The translations under genes were made by a program, and so were the position numbers. This document shows, piece after piece, positions 22,037 to 24,000 of a DNA stretch of 24,000 bases (positions within the stretch are counted from its first letter, which is position 1; each line of letters starts with the position of its first letter). Origin of the DNA: an uncultured Candidatus Saccharibacteria bacterium (GTDB lineage: Bacteria > Patescibacteriota > Saccharimonadia > Saccharimonadales > CAYTTW01); the NCBI GenBank assembly GCA_964441005.1, contig CAYTTW010000002.1:7082-31081 (forward strand). The letters are read 5' to 3'. The notes under the pieces are model-generated. The model worked only from the letters and a program-made list of their open reading frames with translations. It ran no database searches and was not told the DNA's origin.

Positions 22037-22571
22037 GGGCCTCTCGCAACACGTTCAGGATTTGATCGTGAACCTTTGCTGGGTCTTGTTCACCATCAAT
22101 GTCGTAGACGGCAATCTTGGCGTCCTTGAAGTGCTGCAGAATGGGCTTCACGGCATTTTCATACTCCCCAAAACGCTCGGCAATAGCCTCGCGGTAGTCA
22201 TCCGGCCGACCACGACTCATGAGCCGCGCCTCGACCACTTTTTCGGTGGCAGTTAAATGAATGACGGCACTAATATCGAGTTGGCCATGTTTCACTTGAT
22301 TTAATAGCCAATCGGCTTGGGCGGCCGTACGTGGAAAGCCATCCAGTACAAACTCGTGTTCAGTATCGATAATGTTAAAGATTTTTTGTACCAGGCCAAT
22401 AATTTCTTGATCATCGAGTAGTTTGCCAGCCAACATATCTTTTCGCTCGTCACCGGCAATCAGCATGCGCAGGAATTCACCAGTTGAAACCCACGGCAAG
22501 GCTAGCTGATCAGCTAGCATTTTGCCCTGCATACTCTTACCAGAGCCAGCGACACCCATAAACACAATCAT
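22020..22571 (-). CDS. adk: Adenylate kinase (short, lid-less form)
   Basis: MIVFMGVAGSGKS P-loop, LDGFPRT, RGRPDD. I chose ATG 22571 because GGAGG (22581-22577) lies 5 nt upstream. The track start at 22583 has no RBS. Confidence 0.8.
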   Translation of the reverse strand: MIVFMGVAGSGKSMQGKMLADQLALPWVSTGEFLRMLIAGDERKDMLAGKLLDDQEIIGLVQKIFNIIDTEHEFVLDGFPRTAAQADWLLNQVKHGQLDISAVIHLTATEKVVEARLMSRGRPDDYREAIAERFGEYENAVKPILQHFKDAKIAVYDIDGEQDPAKVHDQILNVLREAHAHTG

Positions 22572-22599
22572 TCTGGCCTCCATGCCGCTTGGGTCTGCA

Positions 22600-23052
22600 T
22601 TAGCTTAGCCTTTCTTTGACGAGGCGGGCGATGATAGCGCCATCGGCCTGTCCCGCCGTCTGTTGCTTGACAGCTCCAATGACCTGTCCCATAGCCTGTA
22701 GCCCGCTCGCACCCAACTCGGTCATTTTTTGATCGATAATTTGACCAATTTGAGCTTCAGATAGTTGCGCAGGCAGATACTTTTCGATTACGGTTTTTTC
22801 GGTCAGTTCGGCTTGCTGTTTCTCAGCGTTACCGCCCTGGGCATACAAATCAGCACTTTCCTGTCGCTGCTTGGCTTCTTTGCTTAAGACATCAACAACT
22901 TCACTATCCTCAAGCCCGCTGTCGCGCTTATTTTTGGCCACTTCCTGGTTGAGAATGGCACTTTTGAGACCACGCAGCGTTTCCACCAGCGTTTTATCAC
23001 CAGCCAACATGGCCTGCTTGAGGTCTTGATTAAGCGTGTCCTTCAAACTCAT
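22600..23052 (-). CDS. yqeY: GatB/YqeY-domain protein
   Basis: 150 aa. LKQAMLAGDKTLVETLRGLKSAILNQEV...EKYLP...GQVIGAVK resembles the YqeY family. Position next to rpsU is typical. Confidence 0.75.
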   Translation of the reverse strand: MSLKDTLNQDLKQAMLAGDKTLVETLRGLKSAILNQEVAKNKRDSGLEDSEVVDVLSKEAKQRQESADLYAQGGNAEKQQAELTEKTVIEKYLPAQLSEAQIGQIIDQKMTELGASGLQAMGQVIGAVKQQTAGQADGAIIARLVKERLS

Positions 23053-23082
23053 CCAGTTAAGAGTGTAGCAAAAGCTAGGGAT

Positions 23083-23298
23083 TTATTTAAGGCCGAGCTT
23101 CATGCGCTTGGCTTTGTCAGCCTTGCGGGCCCGGCGAATGATGGCCTTTTTACGTCGATCGCGCTTGCTTATGGGCTTCTCAAAGTACTGCGTTTGTTTC
23201 ACCACCGTCATCACGCCAGCTTGCTGAACCTTACGCGTAAAGCGGCGGAGCATGTTTTCTAATGATTCTTTGGAATCTTTCCGGGTCACCTGTATCAT
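23083..23298 (-). CDS. rpsU: 30S ribosomal protein S21
   Basis: 71 aa, very basic. SLENMLRRFTRKVQQAGVM...YFEKPISKRDRRKKAIIRRARK. Confidence 0.9.
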   Translation of the reverse strand: MIQVTRKDSKESLENMLRRFTRKVQQAGVMTVVKQTQYFEKPISKRDRRKKAIIRRARKADKAKRMKLGLK

Positions 23299-23346
23299 AG
23301 GCGGTTAATTGTAGCTTAACAGATAGAATTATGCAACCCTGCCCTG

Positions 23347-23643
23347 TTACTGCTGAGGGGAGAGTTGTCGTTTTTGATTGGCGCGTTGTGATTTCAACAC
23401 GATGCTTTGGAGTTCTTTGAAGATCGCAAAGTGCTTGTTAGTGTGGTAAATCTTAGTATTTCCTTGTCGCTCAGAAATCAGAAAACCAACCTTCTCAAGG
23501 CGCTTGAGTTCACGCTGAATATTGCCGGCGTCTTCCTTTATGAGCTTAGCCAGACCCCTGACGTGAGTCTTAAAATCGGGATACTTCGCATAGACGACAA
23601 TAATCTTGCGACGGACTCGAGAGGTAATAAAAACATCTAACAT
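23347..23643 (-). CDS. Small winged-helix DNA-binding regulator (ArsR/MarR-like wHTH)
   Basis: 98 aa. HVRGLAKLIKEDAGNIQRELKRLEKVGFLISERQGNTKIYHTN gives an HTH plus beta-wing pattern. Confidence 0.7.
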   Translation of the reverse strand: MLDVFITSRVRRKIIVVYAKYPDFKTHVRGLAKLIKEDAGNIQRELKRLEKVGFLISERQGNTKIYHTNKHFAIFKELQSIVLKSQRANQKRQLSPQQ

Positions 23644-23722
23644 TGATCCCTACTCACGCTTTCACACCATTAGCTTTATTGTTAGAAGGACAACGATAAG
23701 TATAGACTGGCAGCTTGGGCAT

Positions 23723-23752
23723 TTCAATACAATTTTCAGCATATGGGATAAT
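23723..23752 (+). promoter_or_regulatory. Candidate promoter with leaderless geometry for ATG 23759
   Basis: TTCAAT (23723-23728), 18 nt spacer, GATAAT (23747-23752), then 6 nt and the ATG at 23759. The -10-to-ATG spacing is the same as at 14048-14060. Confidence 0.35.
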
Positions 23753-23758
23753 ACAAGC

Positions 23759-24000
23759 ATGCATTATCTCGAGGTGAAGAAAATCAAAAAAGAAAAGTAT
23801 CGGAACTCTATCGCTTGGGTTTAAAATATTTAAAAACCTATGCCTATCAAGCTAAATTTGATGCTGAAGATATTCATACCATTGAACAAAGACTTGATTC
23901 TAATTTTGAGTCATTGGTATTGGCTTGGAAATGGACGCTTCATAGCCAAAGCAAAAAAGATATAGAAAAAGCATTACTTAAAATGGCTAACCATTGCAAA
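23759..24000 (+). CDS. Partial ORF of unknown function running off the right edge; reading it from ATG 23759 needs a -1 shift in the A6 run, otherwise TTG 23815 is the start
   Basis: The frame with codons starting at 23752 is open to nt 24000 and reads ...ENQKRKVSELYRLGLKYLKTYAYQAKFDAEDIHTIEQRLDSNFESLVLAWKWTLHSQSKKDIEKALLKMANHCK, but it has no in-frame ATG. ATG 23759 lies in the neighbouring frame and stops at 23822-23824. Confidence 0.4.

Noticed and set aside
22572-22583. adk start at 22583 (MEAR...)
   Set aside because: It has no RBS, whereas GGAGG within these codons sits 5 nt before ATG 22571. That start yields the usual short beta-strand plus P-loop N-terminus.
23606-23758. Upstream part of track ORF 23606-23824 (+)
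   Set aside because: It overlaps the start of the winged-helix gene on the opposite strand and runs through the predicted promoter. Only the segment from ATG 23759 is plausible.

Overview
The supplied ORF track omits the main feature of this window. All of 1-9915 on the minus strand is one open reading frame. It starts at ATG 9915-9913, has an in-frame TAA just upstream, and I translated 3,305 sense codons row by row with no stop before the left edge. It encodes the N-terminal >=3,305 aa of a giant, signal-peptide-bearing surface protein rich in Thr/Gly/Ser/Asn/Ala. The protein is a mosaic of recurring modules: three CBM4/9-like beta-sandwich domains, tail-fibre-like G-x-V-G-I-G-T..L-x-V-x-G and A-F-x-I-Q-N motifs, paired-cysteine modules, I-x-I-G repeat tracts, an FN3-like region and one non-repetitive alpha/beta domain. 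The short + strand ORFs listed between 26 and 9073 are antisense shadows of this gene. The rest (10.2-23.7 kb) is a compact, mostly minus-strand housekeeping block: rplU, a type-2 ileS behind a T-box leader, one + strand hypothetical gene with leaderless-type promoter geometry, a cysteine-less thioredoxin-fold gene, nrdJ (class II RNR), nrdR, ftsZ, ftsA, map, adk, a YqeY-family gene, rpsU and a small winged-helix regulator. The last ~350 nt are markedly AT-rich and begin a + strand ORF that runs off the right edge. I found no rRNA, tRNA, CRISPR array or transposase. Gene content fits a small-genome, Gram-positive-like lineage (possibly Patescibacteria/CPR), but taxonomy cannot be established from this window.
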